Assembly: GCA_047947115.1 (NCBI GenBank)
Contig: CP170459.1
Location: 5,824,001 to 5,888,000 of the forward strand
From: Verrucomicrobiota bacterium
GTDB lineage: Bacteria; Verrucomicrobiota; Verrucomicrobiia; Limisphaerales; AAA164-E04
Direction: 5' to 3'
Length of the DNA: 64,000 nucleotides
Each line of letters opens with the position of its first letter. Position 1 is the stretch's first letter. Shown here one piece after another: positions 22,502 through 31,949 of the stretch. The notes beneath the pieces were generated by a model. The model did not search any database and was not told where the DNA came from. It saw only the letters and a program-made list of their open reading frames with translations. The position numbers were made by a program, and so were the translations under genes.

Positions 22502-22635
22502 ATTCCTACAGAAAAAGGCGATCAAGAGAACTTGCCTCTCCATATACAGGTTGCGGCAAAGGTCAAAAAGAGGGTCCCGGATCTCGAGTGCCCACAACAC
22601 AATTTGACCGCACCTGGGGAAACCTCATCAAAAAC

Positions 22636-22667
22636 AAAAAAAGAGCCGTCGAATGAACGACGGCTCT
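22636..22667 (-). terminator. Terminator of rplM-rpsI
   Basis: AGAGCCGTCG/CGACGGCTCT stem with an A-run on its left. Confidence 0.8.
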
Positions 22668-22696
22668 CGTGAAATCCAATATTTGAAAAGGATAAA

Positions 22697-23092
22697 TTAA
22701 CGCTTGCTGTATTGGAAACGACGGCGCGCGCCGGGCTGACCGTACTTCTTACGTTCCTTCATACGAGGATCGCGAGTCAGAAGCCCTGCAGACTTGAGCA
22801 ACGGGCGAAGATTTGGATCCACATTGAGCAGCGCGCGGGAAATCCCATGACGTGCCGCTCCTGCTTGCCCGGTCATGCCACCACCGCAAACATTGATGCG
22901 AACATCCAATTTGTTGGTGGTATCGGTCAAGTTCAAAGGAAGCAGCACATCGTTACGTTGAATTTCCATCGGGAAATAATCTTCGAAGCTACGGCCATTA
23001 ACGGTTACCTTGCCGGTTCCGGTCGCCAGACGTACGCGGGCGACGGAAGTTTTTCTACGGCCGGTTCCCAAATAATCAGTGGTCTCAGACAT
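22697..23092 (-). CDS. rpsI: 30S ribosomal protein S9
   Basis: [23 protein letters not shown]. Confidence 0.99.
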   Translation of the reverse strand: MSETTDYLGTGRRKTSVARVRLATGTGKVTVNGRSFEDYFPMEIQRNDVLLPLNLTDTTNKLDVRINVCGGGMTGQAGAARHGISRALLNVDPNLRPLLKSAGLLTRDPRMKERKKYGQPGARRRFQYSKR

Positions 23093-23127
23093 ATTTTATT
23101 TCAAAAAAAAGTTTAGTGGGTCAATGA

Positions 23128-23556
23128 TCAAACCTTCAAGGGTTCGGGTTGCTGGGCGTCGTGTGGATGTTCCGTGCCACGATATACTTTCAACTTGGTC
23201 AACAGTTTGCGACCCAGGCGGTTCTTGGGCAACATACCCTTCACAGCGTGGAGGATCAAGCGATCAGGGTGCGATTCACGCACTTCAGGAACAGAGCGAT
23301 ATCGCTCGCCACCAAAATACCCGGAATAGCTCATATAGGTCTTCTGATCTTCCTTTTTCCCGGTCAATTTAACCTTCTCGGCATTGATAACCACCACGAA
23401 ATCACCGGCATCCAAATGCGGGGTATAAGTAGGTTTATCCTTACCACGCAGGACGTCCGCAACCTTGGTCGCGAGACGGCCGAGGACAATATCCTCAGCA
23501 TCAACCACGTGCCACTTGCGCTTGTCTACATCAATCTTTGGCAGAAAAGTCTTCAT
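23128..23556 (-). CDS. rplM: 50S ribosomal protein L13
   Basis: [24 protein letters not shown]. Confidence 0.99.
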   Translation of the reverse strand: MKTFLPKIDVDKRKWHVVDAEDIVLGRLATKVADVLRGKDKPTYTPHLDAGDFVVVINAEKVKLTGKKEDQKTYMSYSGYFGGERYRSVPEVRESHPDRLILHAVKGMLPKNRLGRKLLTKLKVYRGTEHPHDAQQPEPLKV

Positions 23557-23580
23557 TACAAATCCAAAATAAGAGGGAGG

Positions 23581-23608
23581 ACAGTAGCAAACCCGGAAAC
23601 GGAGTCAA
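23581..23608 (-). promoter_or_regulatory. Putative rplM promoter
   Basis: TTGACT-16 nt-TACTGT. Confidence 0.55.
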
Positions 23609-23823
23609 CCATGATTTGGAAATATTTTTGTTCTTTTTCACATTTTTTCCACCTCGTGCCCGGAATTGAATCAAAAATTACCCCATCACTCGATCCAAAG
23701 GACTGGTCCACTGTTTGATATCCTTTTTCATCACATGGATGCATATCTCCGTGGTTTTCACATCCGCATGCCCCATCAGTTCCTGCAAAATTCGTATGTA
23801 GGCCACGTCAGATACAGTCCTTT

Positions 23824-24141
23824 ATGAATCGCTCACACTGGATCGTATCAGCAGTGCTACTCGCCGCACCGATTGCGTTTACTTTGAGTTCCGCGCATGA
23901 GTTTTTCTCCGTTGACTGGGTACTCGACGCGGGTGCGAGTTACGACTATGGGACCGCCCCCCCCGACTTCACAAAGGGTCATCCATTCATTCCTTTTTCC
24001 GAGCGCCACCCAACACTCGGCAAGATTACCACAGGGTCTATTTTAGGAGTGATTGTCTACACGGTGGTAGTTATGATGTCGAGCAGGAAGAGGCATGTGT
24101 CCTACCAGGGCGGTGCAGGCAACTGGCCACCGCTGCCGTGA
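23824..24141 (+). CDS. Hypothetical small membrane protein (possible gene-cassette cargo)
   Basis: 105 aa with N-terminal and C-terminal hydrophobic segments; no family recognised. Confidence 0.55.
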   Translation: MNRSHWIVSAVLLAAPIAFTLSSAHEFFSVDWVLDAGASYDYGTAPPDFTKGHPFIPFSERHPTLGKITTGSILGVIVYTVVVMMSSRKRHVSYQGGAGNWPPLP

Positions 24142-24219
24142 TTTGGAGTGTATGATGAAATTTGAACCAATAACTTAATAGCGTCAGGTCGACTTACTGC
24201 TCATGCCTCGACGGTATGC
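24097..24219 (+). mobile_element. Degenerate attC-like site
   Basis: Starts GTGTCCTACC, ends GACGGTATGC, about 120 bp; left end is complementary (8/9) to GTAGGCCAC at 23798. Confidence 0.4.
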
Positions 24220-24277
24220 ACTCCAAATTGACGCACTTCACAGGATCTTGACACTTGGTTCACACCTTAATTCTATC

Positions 24278-26734
24278 ATGAAACGACTTCATCACTTCTT
24301 TTCAGCCCTTTGCAGGCCTTGTCTGCGTGGGACATTATTTGCGCTGGCGGCGTGGATGTGTGTATGGACCAACCCAAATTTGTCTGCAGATTGGGCCAAG
24401 GATTTCGAACAACAAAACCCGCTGACACGTCCTGCACTGGAATCACGTTACACCTCCTCCAACAGGGATGGTTTTCTAATCGAAGCTTCCGATTACTCCA
24501 TCAGTTTTACGCTCGACCAGCAGGGAGGTCACCGGATTACTTCCATCGACCGTGATGGGATGCGGTTGATTGCCAATGGATATTTAACACTTCAGGACAC
24601 CAGCGGCAAAATCTGGAGCACTTTGCACGCAAGCAAAGCATCACGAGTCAATCTTTATCGTCGCGGACCATATTATCACGAAGTCCACTGGTTGGATGTT
24701 GCGTGGCAAAATGCCCAAGGTGCGGTGCTTCCTGTGAAGGGGGAAATCATTTTCCATTGTTATCCTGACCATTTCCGATGCGCCATTGTCATGCACCCAA
24801 TCGAAGCGATCACACTGGAAAACCTCACCTTTCACATGACCTTTGAAGGGATGAAACCGGACAAACCCACGCTCAATGAATTTGGACCAGACACCCTTAT
24901 CCTGGAACAGCCAGATGGAGCAGCTGCCTGGTTCCCGACCACTCAGCCAAAGGGCAAGATGTCCTATCCCTCGGCAAAAACCATCGCTCTTACCTGGAAA
25001 GTTCAATCAGAAGCCCTGGCATCCGGATTCAGTAATCGTCTGACATTTGGATGCGGATTCATTCCTCTCAAAAAGGAAACGGGCCAAATAAACTGGGATC
25101 CATTGAGGGCACAAGTCTCCCCATTAAATGACCAGCAATTGACTTTGATCGAAGGGCTGTCATTTGCGCACGATCCCGTGCGGGGCGATTATACTGTGGC
25201 TTCCCATAATCCAGGTTCCTTCAGCTACCACTATTATGAAGCACCCAACGGTTACCTCCGGACGAAAGCAAGGATTCGTAACGACGAGATCCCGCGTAAA
25301 ATCTATCTGCGCCACGAAGTGGGAAGCGGCAGCAAAGGACAGGTGGAATGTGGAGTTGTTCTGGATGAAACCGATGAACTGGTTCCCATACTGACTCAAA
25401 TCAGCAAAAATTTTGCAGGTGAAAAAGAAGAGAAATTCTACAATCCTGAAGACACACCTTTCAGCGAAATCATCTTTCCGCTTCACTTGAACGCGAACGA
25501 AACTCGAACTTTTTCGAGCCTGCAACTCTATCAGAACTGGGGCAATCACCCGCTCAAGCAGTTCTCATCGCTGGGAGCCTGGATGGATTACTACCACATG
25601 TCCACAGGGGTGACCGAAACAACGTGCTATGTTCCTTTTAAATTCTACACCGGCATCAGTATCGCCGACCTGCGGGGGATGAGCGGCACCATGTGGACCA
25701 GCCAACCACAACACGATAATGCAGGGGGTCACCTGTTCATGGAATACTACCCTAAAGATCATCCGGGGAAAAAGGTATCCCTTGAGTATGTGGGAACCGA
25801 TTTTCATTCCACCGGTCCGGCCTGGGCGCATGTCACATTAAACTATTTGTCTGAAGACAAACGGCTCAAGGTATCGCTGGAAGCATTTGAATTCCCACAG
25901 TTGGATGAGTTGCGCAGTTTCATGCGTCTTCGCATGGAACCATTGGACGACATCCCGATTGAAGATTGGGCGACTGATTTTCGCATCATGCAAATCGATA
26001 CGCGCACCCAGAGTCTGCGTTATCAGAAAATCACATGGACCGATGCAAACGATCAAATCACCACGCGTGATATCGACTTTAACGACACCTGGACATTGAA
26101 AGGCGAGCCGCTTTCCAAACAGGCTCCCACTGCCGTGCTCTGGAACTCCCCCAAAGGCAACAACGCATTCATTGTTGAGGACTGGAAGGGAAGCATCGGG
26201 GGAATGCCACTGGAAGGTCTCGGCATTTCATGCGAAGGTCGAAAAGATCTGAACTCAAACCTGGTCCTCCACCCGCTGACAGACAAAAAAGGATGGATCA
26301 AGGGAGACTTATTGGAATTGGATCTATTCATCATGCCCTTTGGGAAAGAACACACGGACTATCATCCAGCCATGACCGAAAGGGAACGATATGGTTTAAA
26401 GCCAGTCAAACTCACGGCACAGTCCCATTGTGTAGTGCTTTCAACTTTTCCACCTCGGCTTCGATGGATGGGAGACCATGCCACATTCGATCTCCAAGGC
26501 GGCTACTCGGACATCACCGTTCAGGTGGAAGGGCTGCCAGATTTCAGGAACTGGCACATTCAAAAAAAGGTTGGGCAGCATTGGGAGGAGATCACACACA
26601 GCAATCCCCGGTCGAAAAGACCGATCGGGGGTGAAGGACAGCAGCGATATGTTGGCCAGGATGGCCAATTCGGCATTTCATTCCGCCTGAATCTGGATGG
26701 CCAAAACAATCGCTACCGCCTCGTCCGCCATTGA
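24278..26734 (+). CDS. Large secreted hypothetical protein (about 818 aa)
   Basis: Long ORF; N-terminal basic then hydrophobic signal-like segment; aromatic, beta-rich body. Confidence 0.85.
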   Translation: MKRLHHFFSALCRPCLRGTLFALAAWMCVWTNPNLSADWAKDFEQQNPLTRPALESRYTSSNRDGFLIEASDYSISFTLDQQGGHRITSIDRDGMRLIANGYLTLQDTSGKIWSTLHASKASRVNLYRRGPYYHEVHWLDVAWQNAQGAVLPVKGEIIFHCYPDHFRCAIVMHPIEAITLENLTFHMTFEGMKPDKPTLNEFGPDTLILEQPDGAAAWFPTTQPKGKMSYPSAKTIALTWKVQSEALASGFSNRLTFGCGFIPLKKETGQINWDPLRAQVSPLNDQQLTLIEGLSFAHDPVRGDYTVASHNPGSFSYHYYEAPNGYLRTKARIRNDEIPRKIYLRHEVGSGSKGQVECGVVLDETDELVPILTQISKNFAGEKEEKFYNPEDTPFSEIIFPLHLNANETRTFSSLQLYQNWGNHPLKQFSSLGAWMDYYHMSTGVTETTCYVPFKFYTGISIADLRGMSGTMWTSQPQHDNAGGHLFMEYYPKDHPGKKVSLEYVGTDFHSTGPAWAHVTLNYLSEDKRLKVSLEAFEFPQLDELRSFMRLRMEPLDDIPIEDWATDFRIMQIDTRTQSLRYQKITWTDANDQITTRDIDFNDTWTLKGEPLSKQAPTAVLWNSPKGNNAFIVEDWKGSIGGMPLEGLGISCEGRKDLNSNLVLHPLTDKKGWIKGDLLELDLFIMPFGKEHTDYHPAMTERERYGLKPVKLTAQSHCVVLSTFPPRLRWMGDHATFDLQGGYSDITVQVEGLPDFRNWHIQKKVGQHWEEITHSNPRSKRPIGGEGQQRYVGQDGQFGISFRLNLDGQNNRYRLVRH

Positions 26735-26803
26735 CGACCGTTCATGGGGGTCCTATGCTCCCAGCGTAAACCAGTCATTGAAAAACGAGCAAAAAGAATT
26801 CGC

Positions 26804-27358
26804 ATGTACAAGCATTTGAAACTAAGTCTGGCCATTCTGGCTGTCGCACTCATCGCCGGAACATTCACCTCTACTCGATTGATTGCCGAGGAATCGGAGT
26901 TTTCGTCGGCAACCATTGATCTGGGTTGTGTTGTCAGCGACATCGAGAAATCGGTAACCTTTTATACCAAAGCGATTGGTTTCAAGGAAGTTCCCGGCTT
27001 TTCGGTCCCGGGTGATTATGCTTCCAAGGTCGGACTCACGGATGGGAAGCATCTGGACATTAAGGTATTGAAACTGGGTGAAGGAGCAGGAGCCACCAGC
27101 CTGAAGCTCATGCAAGTCAAGGGAGCTAGAAGTAAAAAGACCGACAACAGCTTTATCCACTCACAACTGGGGTTCAGTTACCTGACCATTCATGTCAAAG
27201 ATACCACCAACGCACTTGAACGGCTCGACAAAGCCGGAGTGAAGCCCATCGCAAGGGGTTCACAGGAATTGCCACCCTCTTTGGGCAGCGGTGTTTTCCT
27301 GACCATCGTTCGTGATCCGGACGGTAATTTTGTGGAATTGGTCGGGCCCAAATCCTGA
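26804..27358 (+). CDS. VOC/glyoxalase family protein with signal peptide
   Basis: VSDIEKSVTFYTKAIGF...RDPDGNFVEL. Confidence 0.9.
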   Translation: MYKHLKLSLAILAVALIAGTFTSTRLIAEESEFSSATIDLGCVVSDIEKSVTFYTKAIGFKEVPGFSVPGDYASKVGLTDGKHLDIKVLKLGEGAGATSLKLMQVKGARSKKTDNSFIHSQLGFSYLTIHVKDTTNALERLDKAGVKPIARGSQELPPSLGSGVFLTIVRDPDGNFVELVGPKS

Positions 27359-27433
27359 TGGAGTCCCACCTGAAAACCGACACAGACCACGGCAAGGCAA
27401 TTCTCAATCTACCAATTGATTCCCATATTAGAC

Positions 27434-30418
27434 ATGCGCATGAGACGACCCATCCAAACCCATCTCATTCAATCGCTGTTAGCAGTTAGTTGCTACACGC
27501 TAGTTTTGTCCATCCAGGCGGATTCCGCCGGGTCCGCCATTCGGTATAACAAGGACGTATTGCCCATTCTTTCCAAGCACTGCTTTGCGTGCCACGGTCC
27601 GGACAAACAACAACGCAAAGCAGACCTGCGCCTGGACACAAAGGATGGTCTGTTTGCAACATTGGACGGCAAGGCGGTTGTCAGCCCGGGTTCCCCCGAA
27701 TCCAGTTCATTGGTCGAACGTATCCAAACCCACGATCCGGACAACCTGATGCCACCGCCGGAATCCAAGAACCCCATGACACAAGACCAGATCAATCTGC
27801 TGGTTGAATGGGTCCGTCAAGGGGCTGAATGGGAAGGTCACTGGGCGTTTGTCGCCCCCATGACCCCGGACCTTCCCCTGGTCAATCAAAGCGAATGGGT
27901 ACGCAACCCCATCGACCGGTTTGTGCTGTCCAAACTCGAAACAAAAGGGCTTACCCCCAACGAGGAAGCGGATCGGGCAACCCTGATCCGTCGCGTAGCG
28001 TTTGACTTGACCGGCTTGCCGCCTTCGCCTGCGGAAGTAGAGGCATTTGAGGAAAACACCGATCCGAGCGCTTACGAGCAGATGGTCGACGACTATCTGA
28101 ACTCCCAGAAATTCGGCGAACGCATGGCACTGGCCTGGATGGATCTGGCGCGTTACGGGGATTCGAGTGTTTATCACGCTGACGGGCCCCGCTACATGTG
28201 GTTGTGGAGGGACTACGTAATCAATGCCTATAACGACAACAAACCTTTTGATCAATTCACCATCGAACAACTCGCAGGCGACCAAATCCCCAACGCCAAC
28301 ACCTGGCAGAAGGTTGCTTCGGGATTCAACCGCAATCACGGAACCACCGACGAAGGCGGCGCCATCGCGGAGGAATATCGGGTGGAATACATCGTGGACC
28401 GGGTCAAGACCACCAGCATGGTGTGGTTGGGCCTGACCATGGAATGCAGTCAATGCCACGAACATAAATACGATCCCATCTCGCAGAAAGAATACTACCA
28501 GTTCTATGCGTTCTTCAATCAAGCCAGCGATCCCGGCATGCAGACTCGCAACGGCAATGAGGCTCCCTTCGTGCGGTTCTATCAGGACGACCAACAAGCC
28601 CGGCATGAAGCATTGAGCGAAGAAATCAAAACACTCAAAAAAATCCACGGCTCCAGCAAACCCGACGTGGAACTCGTCAAAACCTGGGCCGTCGGTGAGC
28701 AATCCAAACTCGAGCCTGACCTGCCCGCAACCTCTCCCTGGAAACAAATCGGCCCCTTGACCTCGGGCGATAAGAATGAACTATTTGCCAAGGATTTCGG
28801 ACCTGAATCAACGTTGGATTTGGCTGTGGAAATTCAGGCAAAGAAATGGGAGGACAAGAAGGATTACAAAGACGGGGCATTGGTCGACCTAGGGCTTCCT
28901 GACAATTCGTCCGTTTATCTTTACCGAACACTCACCAGCGAGAAAGACGCCACCATCAAAGTTTCACTGGGGAGTGACGACGCCATCAAATGCTGGTTGA
29001 ACGGTCAACTTGTGTTGGAAAACAACGCCGATCGTGGCGTGGCGCCTGATCAGGATTTTGTGTCACTGGAACTGAAGAAAGGTGAGAACACTTTTCTGAT
29101 GAAAATCGTCAACGGAGGAGGCGGCAGCGGCTTCTATTTCAACCTCACTGGCAGCAGCCTGCCCGAAGAAGTCCGGAACGTGTTGAAAATCGCCGCCGGT
29201 GATTGGAGCAATGAACATTACAAGACACTGGAAAAGCATTATCAAACCAACCTGTGGCAGGAGGGATTGAAACGCGCCGAACGAATCGCAAATCTGGAAA
29301 AGGAAGAAAAAGACCTATTACAGTTAGTGCCCACCTCCATGATCATGGGAGATTTGCCGGAGGGCCGTGACACCTTCGTTTTGATGCGGGGGCATTACGC
29401 ATCCCCGATGAAAGACGAAGTCATCAAGCCTGACGTCCCGGCATTCCTGCCGGACCTGCCCGAAGGAGCCCCCCGCAATCGACTGGGTATGGCGCAATGG
29501 CTGATGACACCTGAACACCCATTGACAGCCCGCGTCGCAGTGAATCGTTACTGGTCGATGTTCTTTGGACGCGGCATCGTACCGACAATCGAAGATTTTG
29601 GCACACGAGGCGCCTGGCCTTCACACCCTCAGTTGCTGGACTGGATGGCGCGTGACTTCGCTGACAACGGCTGGAACATCAAAGGCACCATCAAGCAAAT
29701 GCTCATGTCGGCCACTTACCGGCAATCGGCACACGTCTCCGCAATCAAGAAGGAAGCAGATCCGGAAAACGTAATGCTTTCGCGCGGGCCACGTCGACGC
29801 TTGCAAGGCGAGTTCATCCGCGACAACGCACTACAGTTAGCCGGAATATTGAACGAAAAAGTGGGCGGCCCCAGCGTAAAGCCCTATCAACCTGAACGTA
29901 TCTGGAATGAAGTTTCATTGGACGGAAACCTGAAATACCAACGAGACACCGGTAAGAAACTTTACCGTCGCAGCATGTATACCTACTGGAAGCGGTCCGC
30001 CCCGATGCCCAACATGATGGCTTTCGATGCTCCCACTCGTGAGAAATGCGTCATCCAGCGCCAGGTCACCAACACCCCGTTACAGGCCTTGGTCACCATG
30101 AACGACGAACAATTTGTCGAAGCCGCGCGCCTTTTTGCGGAGCGCATCATGACCCGGGGTGGCGACACCTTCGAATCACGTTTGCACTTCGCCTTCCTTC
30201 TCGCAACCGCCCGGCCGGCTGACAGTTTGAGGATCGAGGTGTTGAGAGAATTTTATGACAGGCAGTGGAACATCTATCGTGAACAGACAGAAAGGGCCAA
30301 GGACCTTTTGAAGATCGGCGAATTTCCATATGACGAAAAACTGGATGCCGCCGAGCTTGCAGCCTGGACCATGACGGCAAGTGCCATCCTGAACCTGGAT
30401 GAAACCCTGACACATTAA
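27434..30418 (+). CDS. Planctomycete cytochrome c / DUF1549 / DUF1553 (PSD1) protein with a PA14-like insert
   Basis: CFACHGPD, CSQCHEHKYDP, HWAF, NPIDRF, TNTPLQAL; LGSDDAIKCWLNG insert. Confidence 0.92.
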   Translation: MRMRRPIQTHLIQSLLAVSCYTLVLSIQADSAGSAIRYNKDVLPILSKHCFACHGPDKQQRKADLRLDTKDGLFATLDGKAVVSPGSPESSSLVERIQTHDPDNLMPPPESKNPMTQDQINLLVEWVRQGAEWEGHWAFVAPMTPDLPLVNQSEWVRNPIDRFVLSKLETKGLTPNEEADRATLIRRVAFDLTGLPPSPAEVEAFEENTDPSAYEQMVDDYLNSQKFGERMALAWMDLARYGDSSVYHADGPRYMWLWRDYVINAYNDNKPFDQFTIEQLAGDQIPNANTWQKVASGFNRNHGTTDEGGAIAEEYRVEYIVDRVKTTSMVWLGLTMECSQCHEHKYDPISQKEYYQFYAFFNQASDPGMQTRNGNEAPFVRFYQDDQQARHEALSEEIKTLKKIHGSSKPDVELVKTWAVGEQSKLEPDLPATSPWKQIGPLTSGDKNELFAKDFGPESTLDLAVEIQAKKWEDKKDYKDGALVDLGLPDNSSVYLYRTLTSEKDATIKVSLGSDDAIKCWLNGQLVLENNADRGVAPDQDFVSLELKKGENTFLMKIVNGGGGSGFYFNLTGSSLPEEVRNVLKIAAGDWSNEHYKTLEKHYQTNLWQEGLKRAERIANLEKEEKDLLQLVPTSMIMGDLPEGRDTFVLMRGHYASPMKDEVIKPDVPAFLPDLPEGAPRNRLGMAQWLMTPEHPLTARVAVNRYWSMFFGRGIVPTIEDFGTRGAWPSHPQLLDWMARDFADNGWNIKGTIKQMLMSATYRQSAHVSAIKKEADPENVMLSRGPRRRLQGEFIRDNALQLAGILNEKVGGPSVKPYQPERIWNEVSLDGNLKYQRDTGKKLYRRSMYTYWKRSAPMPNMMAFDAPTREKCVIQRQVTNTPLQALVTMNDEQFVEAARLFAERIMTRGGDTFESRLHFAFLLATARPADSLRIEVLREFYDRQWNIYREQTERAKDLLKIGEFPYDEKLDAAELAAWTMTASAILNLDETLTH

Positions 30419-30439
30419 TCAAACCCCGACGCACCTATC

Positions 30440-31897
30440 ATGAATCCAATTCACCTGACACCCCAACCTCAAAGTCGCAGAAATTTCCTGAGAATGGGAG
30501 CCACCGGCATGGGAGCGCTCGGATTGGCATCCCTGCAGCAACCGAACCTGTTGAATGCGGCCGTCGATGACCCGGTCCGTGGCGTTCTCGGCAAACCACA
30601 TTTCAAGCAAACGGCGAAGCGCATCATCTTTTTGTTCTTTTCAGGAGGGCCATCGCATATCGACATGTTCGACTACAAACCCGCCATGCACAAACTGCAC
30701 GGTATCGAACTCCCCGATTCCATCCGACAGGGACAGCGCCTGACCGGAATGACCTCCGGCCAGAAGTCCTTCCCCTGCGTGGCACCGATGTTCAATTTCA
30801 AGCGGTATGGCAACCATGGCACCTGGGTGAACAGTGACCTCTTGCCCCACATTGGTTCCATTGCAGACGAAATCACCATCGTCAAAACCCTCAATTCAGA
30901 AGCCATCAACCACGATCCGGCCATCACATACATCAACACCGGCACCCAACAACTTGGCCATGCCTGCCTGGGTTCCTGGTTGAGTTACGGGCTGGGAAGC
31001 CCCAACCAGAATCTGCCCGCCTACATCGTCAGGATCTCCAAAGGACGCGGGCAGAGTCAGGCGCTGTATTCGCGCCTCTGGAGCAGCGGTTTTCTGCCAT
31101 CACGCCATCAGGGTGTCAAATTCCGCAGCGCGGGCGAGCCGGTTTTATATTTGAACAATCCGAACGGAGTGGATGGCAAAGATCGACGTGCTTTCCTGGA
31201 TGCTGTCGGCAAAATCAACCGATCCACATTCGAAGAAGTCGGCGACCCTGAAATCGAAACACGCATTTCACAATACGAAATGGCCTATCGCATGCAGACA
31301 TCCGTTCCGGAACTCACCGATCTTTCGGACGAACCGGAACACGTGTTCGAGATGTATGGACCCGACGCCAAAAAACCGGGCACGTTCGCCTACAACTGCA
31401 TTCTCGCCCGACGCATGGCAGAACGAGGAGTCCCCTTCCAACAACTGTTTCACCGCGGATGGGATCAACATGGCAATCTGCCCAACCTGATCAAACTTCA
31501 ATGCCAGGACATCGACCAACCCGCTTCCGCTCTCGTGCGGGACTTGAAAATGCGGGGCATGCTGGACGACACGCTCGTCATTTGCGGCGGTGAATTCGGC
31601 CGTACCATATACTCCCAGGGAACCCTCACCAAAGACAACCACGGACGCGATCATCACGGTCGCTGCTTCACCATGTGGATGGCCGGAGGTGGCGTCAAAG
31701 CCGGATTCGAATACGGCGAAACCGACGACTTCTCCTACAACATCGTCAAGGATCCAGTGCACATCAGAGATTTTAACGCGACCATTCTACACTGCCTGGG
31801 CATCGATCACGAACGATTCACATTTTCCTATCAAGGATTGGATCGACGGTTGACAGGTGTGGAACCGGCACACGTGGTGCACGATATTCTGGCTTGA
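30440..31897 (+). CDS. DUF1501 protein with Tat signal
   Basis: [35 protein letters not shown]. Confidence 0.93.
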   Translation: MNPIHLTPQPQSRRNFLRMGATGMGALGLASLQQPNLLNAAVDDPVRGVLGKPHFKQTAKRIIFLFFSGGPSHIDMFDYKPAMHKLHGIELPDSIRQGQRLTGMTSGQKSFPCVAPMFNFKRYGNHGTWVNSDLLPHIGSIADEITIVKTLNSEAINHDPAITYINTGTQQLGHACLGSWLSYGLGSPNQNLPAYIVRISKGRGQSQALYSRLWSSGFLPSRHQGVKFRSAGEPVLYLNNPNGVDGKDRRAFLDAVGKINRSTFEEVGDPEIETRISQYEMAYRMQTSVPELTDLSDEPEHVFEMYGPDAKKPGTFAYNCILARRMAERGVPFQQLFHRGWDQHGNLPNLIKLQCQDIDQPASALVRDLKMRGMLDDTLVICGGEFGRTIYSQGTLTKDNHGRDHHGRCFTMWMAGGGVKAGFEYGETDDFSYNIVKDPVHIRDFNATILHCLGIDHERFTFSYQGLDRRLTGVEPAHVVHDILA

Positions 31898-31949
31898 CGA
31901 GATTGAGATCCCCCTTTTGCCGGCAGAACAGCGACATACCCATGAAATC

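Noticed and set aside
27434..31897. PSD1/DUF1553 plus DUF1501 pair as a novel system
   Set aside because: Function unknown, but this is a well-known, highly expanded PVC gene pair with nothing distinctive here beyond the PA14-like insert.
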